From a virus: a stretch of DNA of 64,000 bases. Location: the IMG/VR virus record IMGVR_UViG_3300045988_106519, positions 51,386-115,385 of that record. The stretch is one strand, 5' to 3'. Below the pieces are notes generated by a model, which saw only the letters and a program-made list of their open reading frames with translations, did no database searches and was not told the DNA's origin. Of this stretch, positions 47,040 through 55,755 are shown piece after piece. Position numbers and translations under genes: made by a program. The first letter of the stretch is position 1; each line of letters starts with the position of its first letter.

Positions 47040-48026
47040 CTAAGTTTTATTTGTTGAGTCTTTAGCTTTATTTAGTAACACCATAAGAGAAGTTCTTAAA
47101 TCATCTTGTTTTACAAGATTAAGTTTCTTTCTAATATGAGTGCGTTGGCTTGTGATATTAGAAGGAGTTTTGTGAAGGGTGAAACATATTTCTTTTAAGG
47201 ACTTACCAATAAGAATGAGTTTACAGATTTCTACTTCTGAGGGTGTGAGGGATGGACAGATTGAGAGAAGGTTGATTGTTTCTATATACTGCTTATGGTA
47301 GTAATCTTTAATGTTATTGAGGAGTTCTTCTTGATGAGTAGAAGACAGTCTTGATAGGAGAGAATAGACTTTCTCCTTATCAGACTCATTAAGGTTGATA
47401 AGCATGTCAATAGCAGACTGTTCTTCTTTGGTGATTCTGTCGGGGAGACGAAGACCTTTGGTGGCATTCTTAGAGTCGAAGATTATGACATAGAGAATGA
47501 ACATATAACCAACAAAGAAGACTCGCATGACTCTAAAGATGTGGTGGAGAGGAGAAGTGATGCAGAAGATGATGAGACAGATGGTTAGGATTGTTGTTAT
47601 GATGGTAGCCAACTTATTTAGACGCACAGCTATGGATATTGAGGCAAGGATGAGGATGATAGTGAAGTTACCAAGAATGTGGGTACCATAAGCACCCTCT
47701 GTAGATAATTCGTAAAGAGATTCTGCTGATAGCTTTATAGCAATAGCAGTAAAGAAGATGTAGACAGATGCTTTGGTGGAAAGAGTGTTAGTCCAGAAAA
47801 GAATCTGTAGGATAATGACAAAGATAAGGTGAAGCCAGTTGTAGGTATCAAAGATGGTGGAATGATGGTAGTCATTAAGACCAAGAATGTTTGCAGGAAT
47901 ATAAAAAAGTTCTACAAAAGTAGTGAAAAGGAAACACACAAATTGTCTGCGCTCCTGAAGACCACAGTAATAAGGATACTTGAAGTGTTCAAGCTTACTT
48001 ATAAAATTAAAGAAAAATGTTGTCAT
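47040..48026 (-). CDS. multi-pass membrane protein with C-terminal LuxR/GerE-type HTH (328 aa)
   Basis: About 6 hydrophobic helices in aa 25-185. The C-terminus LTPSEVEICKLILIGKSLKEICFTLHKTPSNITSQRTHIRKKLNL matches the LuxR-family HTH pattern. Confidence 0.65.
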   Translation of the reverse strand: MTTFFFNFISKLEHFKYPYYCGLQERRQFVCFLFTTFVELFYIPANILGLNDYHHSTIFDTYNWLHLIFVIILQILFWTNTLSTKASVYIFFTAIAIKLSAESLYELSTEGAYGTHILGNFTIILILASISIAVRLNKLATIITTILTICLIIFCITSPLHHIFRVMRVFFVGYMFILYVIIFDSKNATKGLRLPDRITKEEQSAIDMLINLNESDKEKVYSLLSRLSSTHQEELLNNIKDYYHKQYIETINLLSICPSLTPSEVEICKLILIGKSLKEICFTLHKTPSNITSQRTHIRKKLNLVKQDDLRTSLMVLLNKAKDSTNKT

Positions 48027-48069
48027 AACTATTATATTGTTAGAATAAAGAGTGAATTAATAACAAAAG

Positions 48070-48077
48070 CAAAGTTA
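48070..48077 (-). promoter_or_regulatory. -7 box TAACTTTG (minus strand)
   Basis: The plus strand reads CAAAGTTA. It lies 43 nt upstream of the ATG at 48026. Confidence 0.45.
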
Positions 48078-48113
48078 AGAATAATAAATAGAAAAAGAAA
48101 ACCTGTAATGTTA

Positions 48114-48184
48114 AAACTGAAAAAATAAGTAAAAATCAGTTTTTCTATCAATAAAAATCAGTAACTTTCAGCATTTTTCAGTTT
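48114..48184. promoter_or_regulatory. operator-like repeat set in a divergent promoter region
   Basis: Perfect 11-nt inverted repeat AAACTGAAAAA(48114-48124)/TTTTTCAGTTT(48174-48184) enclosing two direct AAAAATCAGT copies (48131, 48153). Confidence 0.45.
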
Positions 48185-48215
48185 ATAATCACTTGTTATA
48201 CTTATAATATTGAGA

Positions 48216-48223
48216 TAATTTTG
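48216..48223 (+). promoter_or_regulatory. -7 box TAATTTTG
   Basis: 42 nt upstream of the ATG at 48266. Confidence 0.45.
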
Positions 48224-48265
48224 TCAATGTTAAGCTAATACAACGACATTAAAAAACTTAGTATT

Positions 48266-48844
48266 ATGAGAAAAAGACAAAAGAAAGAAGAAACAAAAGA
48301 CAGTGGGGACACTGTAGTAAGAGAAAACATAATCTGGAGATTCTATCAATGTGCAGCAGTGATATTTCCTATATTGTTGATGTTATCACATTGGTGTATT
48401 TTTTATGTTTTTAGTCAAAACACACAAGAGCTGATGAAATATTCAGATCAGAATGAGATATGTATAGCATGGATATACGTATTTCTTTTCTTGGTGTTGC
48501 CATTAATAACATTACCAGCAAGTTTTCTTTATGGATGGTGTAACTTCCTCAGAGTACCATTTGTGTATTTTATATTTATTAATGTAGAGAGATGGTATTA
48601 TGGCTCATGGTTTTGTACCAATGAAATGGTTGACACACACTATATCCTTATATACTGTATACTCTGTATATATGCAATGGATATAGCGGAGATATGTGTA
48701 AAGCATAGGAAGAATGTAGGAGGAATCCTAAAATCCATGTTGATATGCTTATTGAAGATACTTAGAAAACCATTTGAGGGAAATGAGAAGACTAATGAGT
48801 TGTATAATGAGGTAATGATGGAAATGGAAAGGAGGAAGCAATGA
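48266..48844 (+). CDS. multi-pass membrane protein (192 aa)
   Basis: About 4 hydrophobic helices. The stop overlaps the next ATG. Confidence 0.6.
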   Translation: MRKRQKKEETKDSGDTVVRENIIWRFYQCAAVIFPILLMLSHWCIFYVFSQNTQELMKYSDQNEICIAWIYVFLFLVLPLITLPASFLYGWCNFLRVPFVYFIFINVERWYYGSWFCTNEMVDTHYILIYCILCIYAMDIAEICVKHRKNVGGILKSMLICLLKILRKPFEGNEKTNELYNEVMMEMERRKQ

Positions 48845-49176
48845 CAACACCTGGAGAACAATGGTTGTGTAGAGCACTGGACAGATTCAAGGAAATAGTG
48901 ATGAAAGGACTTTGCTCAAAGGTAGATATTACCTATTTCAGCAACTTATTAAAGTATGAGTTTGGTAGAAGAGAAGTTAGTATAGATGAAAAGGAGTGGT
49001 TGACTAAGATAGAAACAAGTAAGCTGCTTGGAGTAAGTACTTCAACTTTAGACAGAATGATATCAAGAAAAAAGTTTCCAAAAGGAAGGAAGATAGTGCA
49101 TCAAAAGCACTTAGTATGGAAGAGAGAAATAGTTGAGCAATATAAGGAGACAATGTTACTCAAAAGAAAGACTTGA
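48841..49176 (+). CDS. Xis/AlpA-type HTH DNA-binding protein (111 aa)
   Basis: LTKIETSKLLGVSTSTLDRMISRKKFPKGRK...LVWKREIVEQY fits the excisionase/MerR-like HTH_17 pattern. Confidence 0.5.
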   Translation: MTTPGEQWLCRALDRFKEIVMKGLCSKVDITYFSNLLKYEFGRREVSIDEKEWLTKIETSKLLGVSTSTLDRMISRKKFPKGRKIVHQKHLVWKREIVEQYKETMLLKRKT

Positions 49177-49197
49177 TACACAATGACTTATGATATG

Positions 49198-49230
49198 GGT
49201 TGAGCAATGTTATGTTGCCCAACCTTTTTT
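49198..49230 (+). terminator. rho-independent terminator
   Basis: GGTTGAGCAA/TTGCCCAACC stem (1 mismatch), then TTTTTT. Confidence 0.6.
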
Positions 49231-49234
49231 ATTG

Positions 49235-49242
49235 TATCTTTG
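49235..49242 (+). promoter_or_regulatory. -7 box TATCTTTG
   Basis: 66 nt upstream of the ATG at 49309. Confidence 0.45.
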
Positions 49243-49308
49243 CAATGTAGTCGATTACATAGTGTTTTATATTTTTTTGATAGTTAATTGCTTAATAAAG
49301 ATTGTATC

Positions 49309-50079
49309 ATGGATATGACAAATGAGAAAGTCATTGAGAAAAAGGTTTATGAAGATGACAACAGAAAGCATGATTATGCAAGCAAAGGTGTTGCAGGAAC
49401 AGCCCTTGGTTTAGGTATAGCAGGCACTGCATTGGGAGTATTACCTTGGCTTACAGGTAATGGTGGTCGCAGTATTTTTGGTTCCCTTGGTAACGGTATG
49501 CCAGACAATGTAAACATCAATACTTATGGAGGTATGTCTGCTAATAATGCAGCTCCAACAGCTCTTGAGGTAATGGAGAAGGAATGTGCAGATGAAGTGA
49601 AGTTGCTTACAGACATGTTTGGACTGAAGCTTGACACTGCAAATAAATTCTATGCAATGAGAGAGACAGATGTGGCAGAGAAGTTTGGCTTGTGGAAAGG
49701 CTTTGTAGAGGCACAGAATGCTGAGAATAGGAGAGCTATGGAGGCAGAGTTTGGTCTTTATAAGAGTCAGAGAGATAGTGATGACAAGTTGAAGGATGCA
49801 ATGGTGCAGCAAGGCTTTGGACTCTACAAGAGTCAGAGGGATGGATATGATGCACTTAATGAGAAATATGCTGCAAAGTTCAATGAACTTGACAAGAAGG
49901 TAGCTGTAATGGAAGCTATACGTCCATATCAGGACAAGCTGTTGATGGACTATACTGACAAGAAGACTTGCAAGTGCATATATGGTCAGCTTGTATTGCC
50001 AAGTACTCCTACAGTTACAGGTTATGGCAGTTATCAGGGCTGCAACTGTGTCAGTAGTGGAACACCAGCAGGAGCCTAA
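49309..50079 (+). CDS. single-TM protein with internal FGL(Y/W)K repeats and Cys-rich C-terminus (256 aa)
   Basis: ATG at 49309 (the track start is TTG). Gly-zipper TM GVAGTALGLGIAGTALGVLPWL. Repeats FGLWKGFVEAQ / FGLYKSQRDSDD / FGLYKSQRDGYD. Confidence 0.55.
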   Translation: MDMTNEKVIEKKVYEDDNRKHDYASKGVAGTALGLGIAGTALGVLPWLTGNGGRSIFGSLGNGMPDNVNINTYGGMSANNAAPTALEVMEKECADEVKLLTDMFGLKLDTANKFYAMRETDVAEKFGLWKGFVEAQNAENRRAMEAEFGLYKSQRDSDDKLKDAMVQQGFGLYKSQRDGYDALNEKYAAKFNELDKKVAVMEAIRPYQDKLLMDYTDKKTCKCIYGQLVLPSTPTVTGYGSYQGCNCVSSGTPAGA

Positions 50080-50116
50080 AAAAACTAAAGCTCGTAAGAG
50101 GAAATAGATGAAGGGA

Positions 50117-50156
50117 GCCAGTGCTAAGAGGGAGGAAGCTCTTGGTGCTGGCTTTT
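50117..50156 (+). terminator. rho-independent terminator
   Basis: 14-bp stem GCCAGTGCTAAGAG/CTCTTGGTGCTGGC (3 wobbles), 8-nt loop, then TTTT. Confidence 0.6.
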
Positions 50157-50187
50157 AAAGTATAAACAATAAAACCAAATACTTGTT

Positions 50188-50670
50188 ATGATGAATTTTG
50201 GATCAGACCCAGTATTAGGGGGACAGCAAAATCAAACCTTGGAACAGTTGAACCAAGAATGGGCACAGAAACTTATGGAGTTGCAGAAGCAGAAGGGTAC
50301 AATAAACATGCAGCCACAGCAGACAAAGACTCCTACTTGGGATGAGATAGACAAAATAATGGATGGGTTGACAGACTCACAGAAAAATTATCTGAATAAT
50401 AATGAAGAGTTTGTAGAGAGCTATAAGAATGTAGCAGACATACTGCAAAGAGAAGAACTAAGGATAATCAGACCATTGGTAGAGCAAACCAAGGATGGAA
50501 AGGAAGCCTTAGAGAAACATCTTTCCCTTATAAGAAAACTCAGGAAGAATGCAATGCAAGCAGAAGAAGAAAAGACTGCATTGTGGAATGAGTACATGAC
50601 AAACTATAGTGACATGACTTTCAAGGACTTTATGACAATGATGAAAGCAAAGAAAGGAGGAAACAAATGA
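50188..50670 (+). CDS. hypothetical coiled-coil protein (160 aa)
   Basis: ATG ORF whose stop overlaps the next ATG. Confidence 0.6.
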   Translation: MMNFGSDPVLGGQQNQTLEQLNQEWAQKLMELQKQKGTINMQPQQTKTPTWDEIDKIMDGLTDSQKNYLNNNEEFVESYKNVADILQREELRIIRPLVEQTKDGKEALEKHLSLIRKLRKNAMQAEEEKTALWNEYMTNYSDMTFKDFMTMMKAKKGGNK

Positions 50671-51098
50671 ATATACCAACATTAAAAGAGAAGTTTCTAA
50701 GTAGCTTGGATTTATGGTTTAATGAAAGAGTGGATGAAATGGTGAAAGACAATCCTGCTCTTACAGTACCATCAGTATATATCAAGCGGGGATGCCATAA
50801 CATTATAAACAAGTATGAAGGAAAGATAAGTGAAGGCATAGACAATGCAGCACTATTTCTTGCTGATGAAAATGGAGACATTAATCCAAATACATTGTTT
50901 ACAGATGCTATGGAAATGTTCAATGGTATGGAAGAAGCAACCTTTGACATGGGATTTGTGAAAGGAGTTATGGGAAAAGGAAAGTTAGCTATAACATTAC
51001 CAGACAATATACTGATGAACATAATATTTGGAAGTAAGAAAACAATAACATTCAGTAGTGAGGATTTTATGGAGTTGAAATCATTGCTCACAACATAA
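50667..51098 (+). CDS. hypothetical protein (143 aa)
   Basis: Translationally coupled to the upstream gene (ATGA). Confidence 0.6.
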   Translation: MNIPTLKEKFLSSLDLWFNERVDEMVKDNPALTVPSVYIKRGCHNIINKYEGKISEGIDNAALFLADENGDINPNTLFTDAMEMFNGMEEATFDMGFVKGVMGKGKLAITLPDNILMNIIFGSKKTITFSSEDFMELKSLLTT

Positions 51099-51115
51099 TA
51101 AATAAGACTTGAGAT

Positions 51116-51619
51116 ATGGAACAGAATGAAATAATGAAAGCCTTTGAAAGGCTATACAATAAAATGGTAACATCAAAAGAACCAAAGTACATGAGTATAT
51201 TTGGAGGTGTTATGAAATGCATGATGAAGGATATTGCAGATTGGAGACCAGATGTAGCACAGGAATACATAGACAGATTGGAGGCAATAAACTGGCACAA
51301 CTATTTATCAAAGAAAGAAGCTACACAGATAGTAAGTGGCATGGAGCCAGAGGGAGGATGGAATACCTCAGAATGGGAGAGCTGTATGAAGTCACAAGGC
51401 ATTTGTTTGGAGGAAGAGCCTTACTATAATAAATGGGCTATGTATACTGCAATGAACATGGTATATTCAGACAGTATAAAGACAATAGCAAAAATAGCAG
51501 GGAAATCTCTGACAGAAATGTCACAAGAAGAGAGATTTAATGCAGTACACCTATTAGCATTGGATAAGTTGAAAGATAAGGATGGAGTTTTTAATGTAAG
51601 GAAATACTTTGGAGTATAG
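51116..51619 (+). CDS. hypothetical protein (167 aa)
   Basis: ATG ORF, co-oriented. Confidence 0.6.
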   Translation: MEQNEIMKAFERLYNKMVTSKEPKYMSIFGGVMKCMMKDIADWRPDVAQEYIDRLEAINWHNYLSKKEATQIVSGMEPEGGWNTSEWESCMKSQGICLEEEPYYNKWAMYTAMNMVYSDSIKTIAKIAGKSLTEMSQEERFNAVHLLALDKLKDKDGVFNVRKYFGV

Positions 51620-51625
51620 ATTTTA

Positions 51626-51667
51626 AGCCTTTCTATATCTAATAAAGATATGGGAAGGCTATTTTTA
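51626..51667 (+). terminator. rho-independent terminator
   Basis: AGCCTTTC...GGAAGGCT outer stem with inner TATATCT/AGATATG pairs, then ATTTTTAT. Confidence 0.6.
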
Positions 51668-51730
51668 TGCAATAAGGTTAGATAAGATTAGGGGAAATCT
51701 TAGATGAAGTATGGAGTTAATAGGTTTTAT

Positions 51731-51738
51731 TATCTTTG
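51731..51738 (+). promoter_or_regulatory. -7 box TATCTTTG
   Basis: 39 nt upstream of the ATG at 51778. Confidence 0.45.
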
Positions 51739-51777
51739 TCTTAGAATAATAATAAGAAAAATAAAAGGAGATAATAT

Positions 51778-54168
51778 ATGGCTTATAATGCAATAGGAGG
51801 TTTCCCACCACAACAGCTTTCTTTTAATAAGAAAGGAAAGAAGTGGAGAGCTAAATGTGTAGATTTTGGAGATGACCATAGCTTGATGCACTATCATCTT
51901 ACAAGAAAATCAGTAAGAGCAATGAAAATAAACTATGACTTACTGAATGGAAGAATACACATGGATGACTTAAAAGTTATAGTGAACCCTTATAATATAG
52001 AGGCATCCTTTATACCAGAGAATATACAACACTATCCAGTTATAAATTCAAAACTTGAAGTTCTTAGAGGAGAAGAGTCAAAGAGAACTTTTGACTTTAA
52101 AGTGATTGTGACTAATCCAAATGCTGTGTCAGAGATAGAAGAAGAGAAGAATCTACAAGTAAATGCAATGCTTCAACAGCTTGTGATGGATGGTTCTATG
52201 GATGAGGAAAGCTTTAACAGAGAAATGGAGAAACAGGCAGACTACTTTACTTATGAATACCAAGACAAAAGAGAAGTAAGAGGAAATCTGCTGCTTAATC
52301 ACTATATGAAGGAGCTTGAAATGTCACAACTCTTTAATAAGGGATTTGTAGATGCTTATACCGTAGGAGAAGAAGCTTATATATGTGATATAGTCGGAGG
52401 AGAGCCATACTTGGAAAAGATAAATCCTCTGAAGATGAGAGTAATAAAGTCAGGAGCTTCATCATATATAGAAGATGCAGACATGATAGTGTTGGAAGAC
52501 TATTGGAATCCAGGAAGAGTAATAGATACTTTTTGGGACCAACTATCTAAGAAAGATATTGAAGCATTGGAAAACACAAGAAGTAGTACAGGAAGTAGTC
52601 CTTATGCAGACAGTATGGATAATATAGATAGCAGATATGGTTTTATACCTAATGTAAATTTGTCAACTGCTGGAGATGAAGTTATAGATTCATATAGTTT
52701 GTTTGATAATGAGGATGATACATCTTATCTGCCCTATGACATGAATGGAAATGTAAGAGTATTGAGAGTTTATTGGAAGTCAAGGAGACAGATAAAAAAA
52801 GTGAAAAGTTATGACCCTGAAACAGGAGAAGAAGAATTTAACTTTTATCCTGAGACCTATCACAGTAACCCAGACAAAGGAGAAGAGGAACAGACATTTT
52901 GGATTAATGAGGCATGGGAAGGAACAAAGATTGGAGCAGATATATATGTGAACATGAGACCAAGACCAGTGCAATATAACAGATTGAGCAATCCATCAAG
53001 ATGTCACTTTGGTATTGTGGGAAGTATATATAACCTTAATGGTGATGAACCATATTCATTGGTAGATATAATGAAACCATATTCTTACCTATATGATATA
53101 TTTCATGATAGACTTAATAAAGTACTTGCAAAGAATATGGGAAAGATAGTTAGAATGGACCTTGCAAAAACACCAAAAGGATGGGATGCAGATAAATGGT
53201 TGTATTATATTAATGTGAATGGTGTTTCAGTAGAAGATAGCTTCAAGGAAGGCAGTGTAGGTATGGCAACTGGTAAGCTTGCAGGAGCAATGAACAATGC
53301 TTCATCAGGAGTTATAGATGCTTCTTTGGGTAATGAGATACAACAATACATAAATGTGCTTGAATGGATTTCAACAAAGATAGGAGAGCTTGCTGGAATA
53401 TCAAAGCAGAGAGAAGGACAGATTAGTAATAGAGAGACTGTTGGAGGTGTAGAAAGAGCAACACTACAATCGTCACTCATTACAGAAAGACTCTTCTTTA
53501 CCCATGACAGTGTGAAGAAGAGAGTACTGGAATGTTTCTTGGAGACAGCAAAGATAGCTATAAGAGGCAGGAAGAAGAAGTTTGACTATATATTGAATGA
53601 TGGAAGTAAGAAACTTGTTGAGATAGATGGTGATGAATTTGCAGAGTGTGACTATGGAATAGTAGTGGATAACAGCAATGGTACTATGGAACTTAACCAG
53701 AAACTTGATACACTGGCACAGGCAGCACTTCAGAATCAGTTGCTTGACTTCTCTTCAATAATGAAGCTCTATACTACAACAAGTGTTGCAGAAAAGCAGA
53801 GAATGGTTGAGGCTAATGAGAGAAGGAAGAGGGAAGAAGCATTGCAACAGCAGCAACAGGCACAACAGATGCAGCAAGCACAGTTACAGCAGCAACAGCA
53901 GATTGCACAGATGAAGGCAGAGCAGGAATATAAGATGCACCAAGAAGATAATGAGGTGAAGATATTGGTTGCTCAAATAAATTCTAAGGCTGAAGCTGAT
54001 AGGATGTCTATCATGAATAATGATGCAGCTGATACTGCTACACTTGAAAGAGAAAAACTATCAGAGAATGCAAGACAATTTAATGAAAATCTTGCTCTGC
54101 AAAAGAAGAAGCAAGCTGATGATGTGAGGATTCAAGAGAAAAAAGTGAATGCAGCATTGAAGAAATAA
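51778..54168 (+). CDS. portal protein candidate (796 aa)
   Basis: Size fits. Q-rich C-terminal coiled coil (QQQQQAQQMQQAQLQQQQQIAQMK) like barrel-bearing podovirus portals. Has GISKQREGQ-type loops, an AGGAG RBS, and its own promoter and terminator. Confidence 0.6.
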   Translation: MAYNAIGGFPPQQLSFNKKGKKWRAKCVDFGDDHSLMHYHLTRKSVRAMKINYDLLNGRIHMDDLKVIVNPYNIEASFIPENIQHYPVINSKLEVLRGEESKRTFDFKVIVTNPNAVSEIEEEKNLQVNAMLQQLVMDGSMDEESFNREMEKQADYFTYEYQDKREVRGNLLLNHYMKELEMSQLFNKGFVDAYTVGEEAYICDIVGGEPYLEKINPLKMRVIKSGASSYIEDADMIVLEDYWNPGRVIDTFWDQLSKKDIEALENTRSSTGSSPYADSMDNIDSRYGFIPNVNLSTAGDEVIDSYSLFDNEDDTSYLPYDMNGNVRVLRVYWKSRRQIKKVKSYDPETGEEEFNFYPETYHSNPDKGEEEQTFWINEAWEGTKIGADIYVNMRPRPVQYNRLSNPSRCHFGIVGSIYNLNGDEPYSLVDIMKPYSYLYDIFHDRLNKVLAKNMGKIVRMDLAKTPKGWDADKWLYYINVNGVSVEDSFKEGSVGMATGKLAGAMNNASSGVIDASLGNEIQQYINVLEWISTKIGELAGISKQREGQISNRETVGGVERATLQSSLITERLFFTHDSVKKRVLECFLETAKIAIRGRKKKFDYILNDGSKKLVEIDGDEFAECDYGIVVDNSNGTMELNQKLDTLAQAALQNQLLDFSSIMKLYTTTSVAEKQRMVEANERRKREEALQQQQQAQQMQQAQLQQQQQIAQMKAEQEYKMHQEDNEVKILVAQINSKAEADRMSIMNNDAADTATLEREKLSENARQFNENLALQKKKQADDVRIQEKKVNAALKK

Positions 54169-54172
54169 AAAG

Positions 54173-54188
54173 GTAAAAAGGTAAAAAA
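54173..54188 (+). repeat. two GTAAAAA units (second copy of the 17739 module)
   Basis: GGTAAAAAGGTAAAAAAGAGTTGAGTAGTTAAG aligns with AGTAAAAAAGTAAAAAATAAGGAGTTAAGAAGTTAAA at 17764-17799. Confidence 0.5.
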
Positions 54189-54189
54189 G

Positions 54190-54230
54190 AGTTGAGTAGT
54201 TAAGTAATTCTTAACTACTTGACTATTTTA
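54190..54230 (+). terminator. rho-independent terminator after the portal gene
   Basis: 15-bp stem AGTTGAGTAGTTAAG/CTTAACTACTTGACT (2 mismatches), 5-nt loop, then ATTTTAAATT. Confidence 0.6.
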
Positions 54231-54259
54231 AATTAGATAAAAATTAAATAAAGGAAGAG

Positions 54260-54811
54260 ATGAAGTTAATAAAGATAGAGAATTATTCATTGCAGATTGC
54301 TGATGAGGCACTGTTGATAAGGCCTATAAGGAAACTATACAACCAAGATAGAAGTGCATCGAAAGAACAGTTCTATAAACAGATGTCATATCTTTATTTT
54401 ATGATAGACCCAAGAAGTACTTACTCATATATACTAAATGAGGAAGAGAGAGCTAAAACTATTATAGAACAAGAAGGACTTGACAAGGACTTTAAGCCAT
54501 CACCCTTGTTGCAGGAAGCAATGGAAGTATATAAGAAGCATACAGTGACACCTTCACAGGAGTTGCTTAATGCTGCCCTTGTAGCAGCAAGAACTGTAAG
54601 TACTTTTCTAAAGAATCCAAACATATTGAATGAAGAGGATGATAAAGGAAGACCTAAATATCAAATATCTGCAATAACTACAGCACTGAAGAATGTTGAG
54701 GGAATAGTATCATCATTGCAGAATCTTCAGAGGAAAGTGGAGAGTGAGCTTAGTGAACAAAGTAAAGCAAGAGGAAGTCAGGAGTTGACAATATTTGATG
54801 ATGTAGATTAA
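54260..54811 (+). CDS. hypothetical protein (183 aa)
   Basis: ATG ORF downstream of the portal gene. Confidence 0.6.
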   Translation: MKLIKIENYSLQIADEALLIRPIRKLYNQDRSASKEQFYKQMSYLYFMIDPRSTYSYILNEEERAKTIIEQEGLDKDFKPSPLLQEAMEVYKKHTVTPSQELLNAALVAARTVSTFLKNPNILNEEDDKGRPKYQISAITTALKNVEGIVSSLQNLQRKVESELSEQSKARGSQELTIFDDVD

Positions 54812-54823
54812 ACAATAAAGATT

Positions 54824-55702
54824 ATGAAAGCAGGTAAATTACAATATGATAATGAAGGAAGTCTTGATGTTTCAGATTGGAGTGATTTGTCTATCTCTGA
54901 TAAAGCTGAAATGATGAAGGTTGCTATTGCTAATGGTATTACTACATTACCTGAGATAAGGAGATCTTATAATGAGTTTGCTAAGGGAGGAAAGATGAAT
55001 ACTTCACAAGGATATCGTCCCTCAGACAGTATAAAGAAGAGGATAGCTAATTGGGAGGGAAGCTCTATGAGGACAAATAGAAGTTTTGAGGATGAGGCAA
55101 GAGACTTTAACAGAGTAATTCCTTCTGAGGTGAGAGACAGGTTGACTCAACAACAGAAAGATGCTTTGTATTCTTATGGATATAATGTAGGTATGGGAAG
55201 GTTGAAGGAAAGGGTTGTACCAATACTAACTGCTTATACAGAAGGTAAAGCTTCAAAGGAGGATGTGCAGAGAGCTATGTGGGCTTCAAGAGATAATGAG
55301 CTAAGAGGACTTACTACAAGAAGAAATGCTGAAAGAGAGATGTTCGGAGGAAATTATAGAACCAAGTTTACTGGTACTGGAAAGCTTGGAATACATGTAG
55401 ACCCTTCAGAATATACTATACCATCTAATTACTTCAATAACTTCAATGCAGAGATAACATTACCTCAGATGCAAATGCCTAATGGTATGGATGTAGATCC
55501 AGAGACACTTTATAAAGCTCCTGTTATTGATGAAACATTGTTTGAGAAGTCTGCTGAGCCAATGGAAGAGATTACTTATAATCCTCAAGAGGATAAGATG
55601 GAAGGAATAAGGAGACTTGGAAATGTGCTTGGGATGATGGGGGATAATAGTGTGAATAATTCATTGGGAATATTGGATTATGTAGGAAGGATATATTCAT
55701 AA
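54824..55702 (+). CDS. GH24 (lambda/P22-type) lysozyme-like protein with N- and C-terminal extensions (292 aa)
   Basis: IANWEG (catalytic Glu context), LTQQQKDALYSYGYNVG (compare P22 gp19 LNQNQYDALCSLIFNIG) and GLTTRRNAEREMF (compare LLPRRRRERALF). Confidence 0.55.
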   Translation: MKAGKLQYDNEGSLDVSDWSDLSISDKAEMMKVAIANGITTLPEIRRSYNEFAKGGKMNTSQGYRPSDSIKKRIANWEGSSMRTNRSFEDEARDFNRVIPSEVRDRLTQQQKDALYSYGYNVGMGRLKERVVPILTAYTEGKASKEDVQRAMWASRDNELRGLTTRRNAEREMFGGNYRTKFTGTGKLGIHVDPSEYTIPSNYFNNFNAEITLPQMQMPNGMDVDPETLYKAPVIDETLFEKSAEPMEEITYNPQEDKMEGIRRLGNVLGMMGDNSVNNSLGILDYVGRIYS

Positions 55703-55720
55703 GATAGGTAAATGTTGGAA

Positions 55721-55754
55721 AGAAAAAAGGGAGGTAGTGACACCTCCCTTTCTT
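55721..55754. terminator. bidirectional rho-independent terminator
   Basis: 9-bp stem AAGGGAGGT/ACCTCCCTT. An A-run lies on the left (a U-run for the minus-strand giant gene) and TCTTGTT on the right. Confidence 0.7.
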
Positions 55755-55755
55755 G

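Noticed and set aside
2574-49308. Track start codons at 2574, 9911, 43007 and 49288 (TTG) and 17365 (GTG).
   Set aside because: The TTG at 43007 lies inside a TAnnTTTG promoter box. The TTGs at 2574, 9911 and 49288 lie upstream of their boxes. The GTG at 17365 has an in-frame ATG 3 codons downstream. Downstream ATGs (2625, 9968, 43031, 49309, 17374) give sensible leaders. Similarly, 6842 is preferred over 6797 because of ATGA coupling.
53841-53915. CAG/CAA-rich stretch in the portal gene as a slippage-prone microsatellite.
   Set aside because: It is an imperfect mix of CAA, CAG, GCA and ATG codons encoding a Q-rich coiled coil. This fits a portal barrel, not a pure repeat tract.
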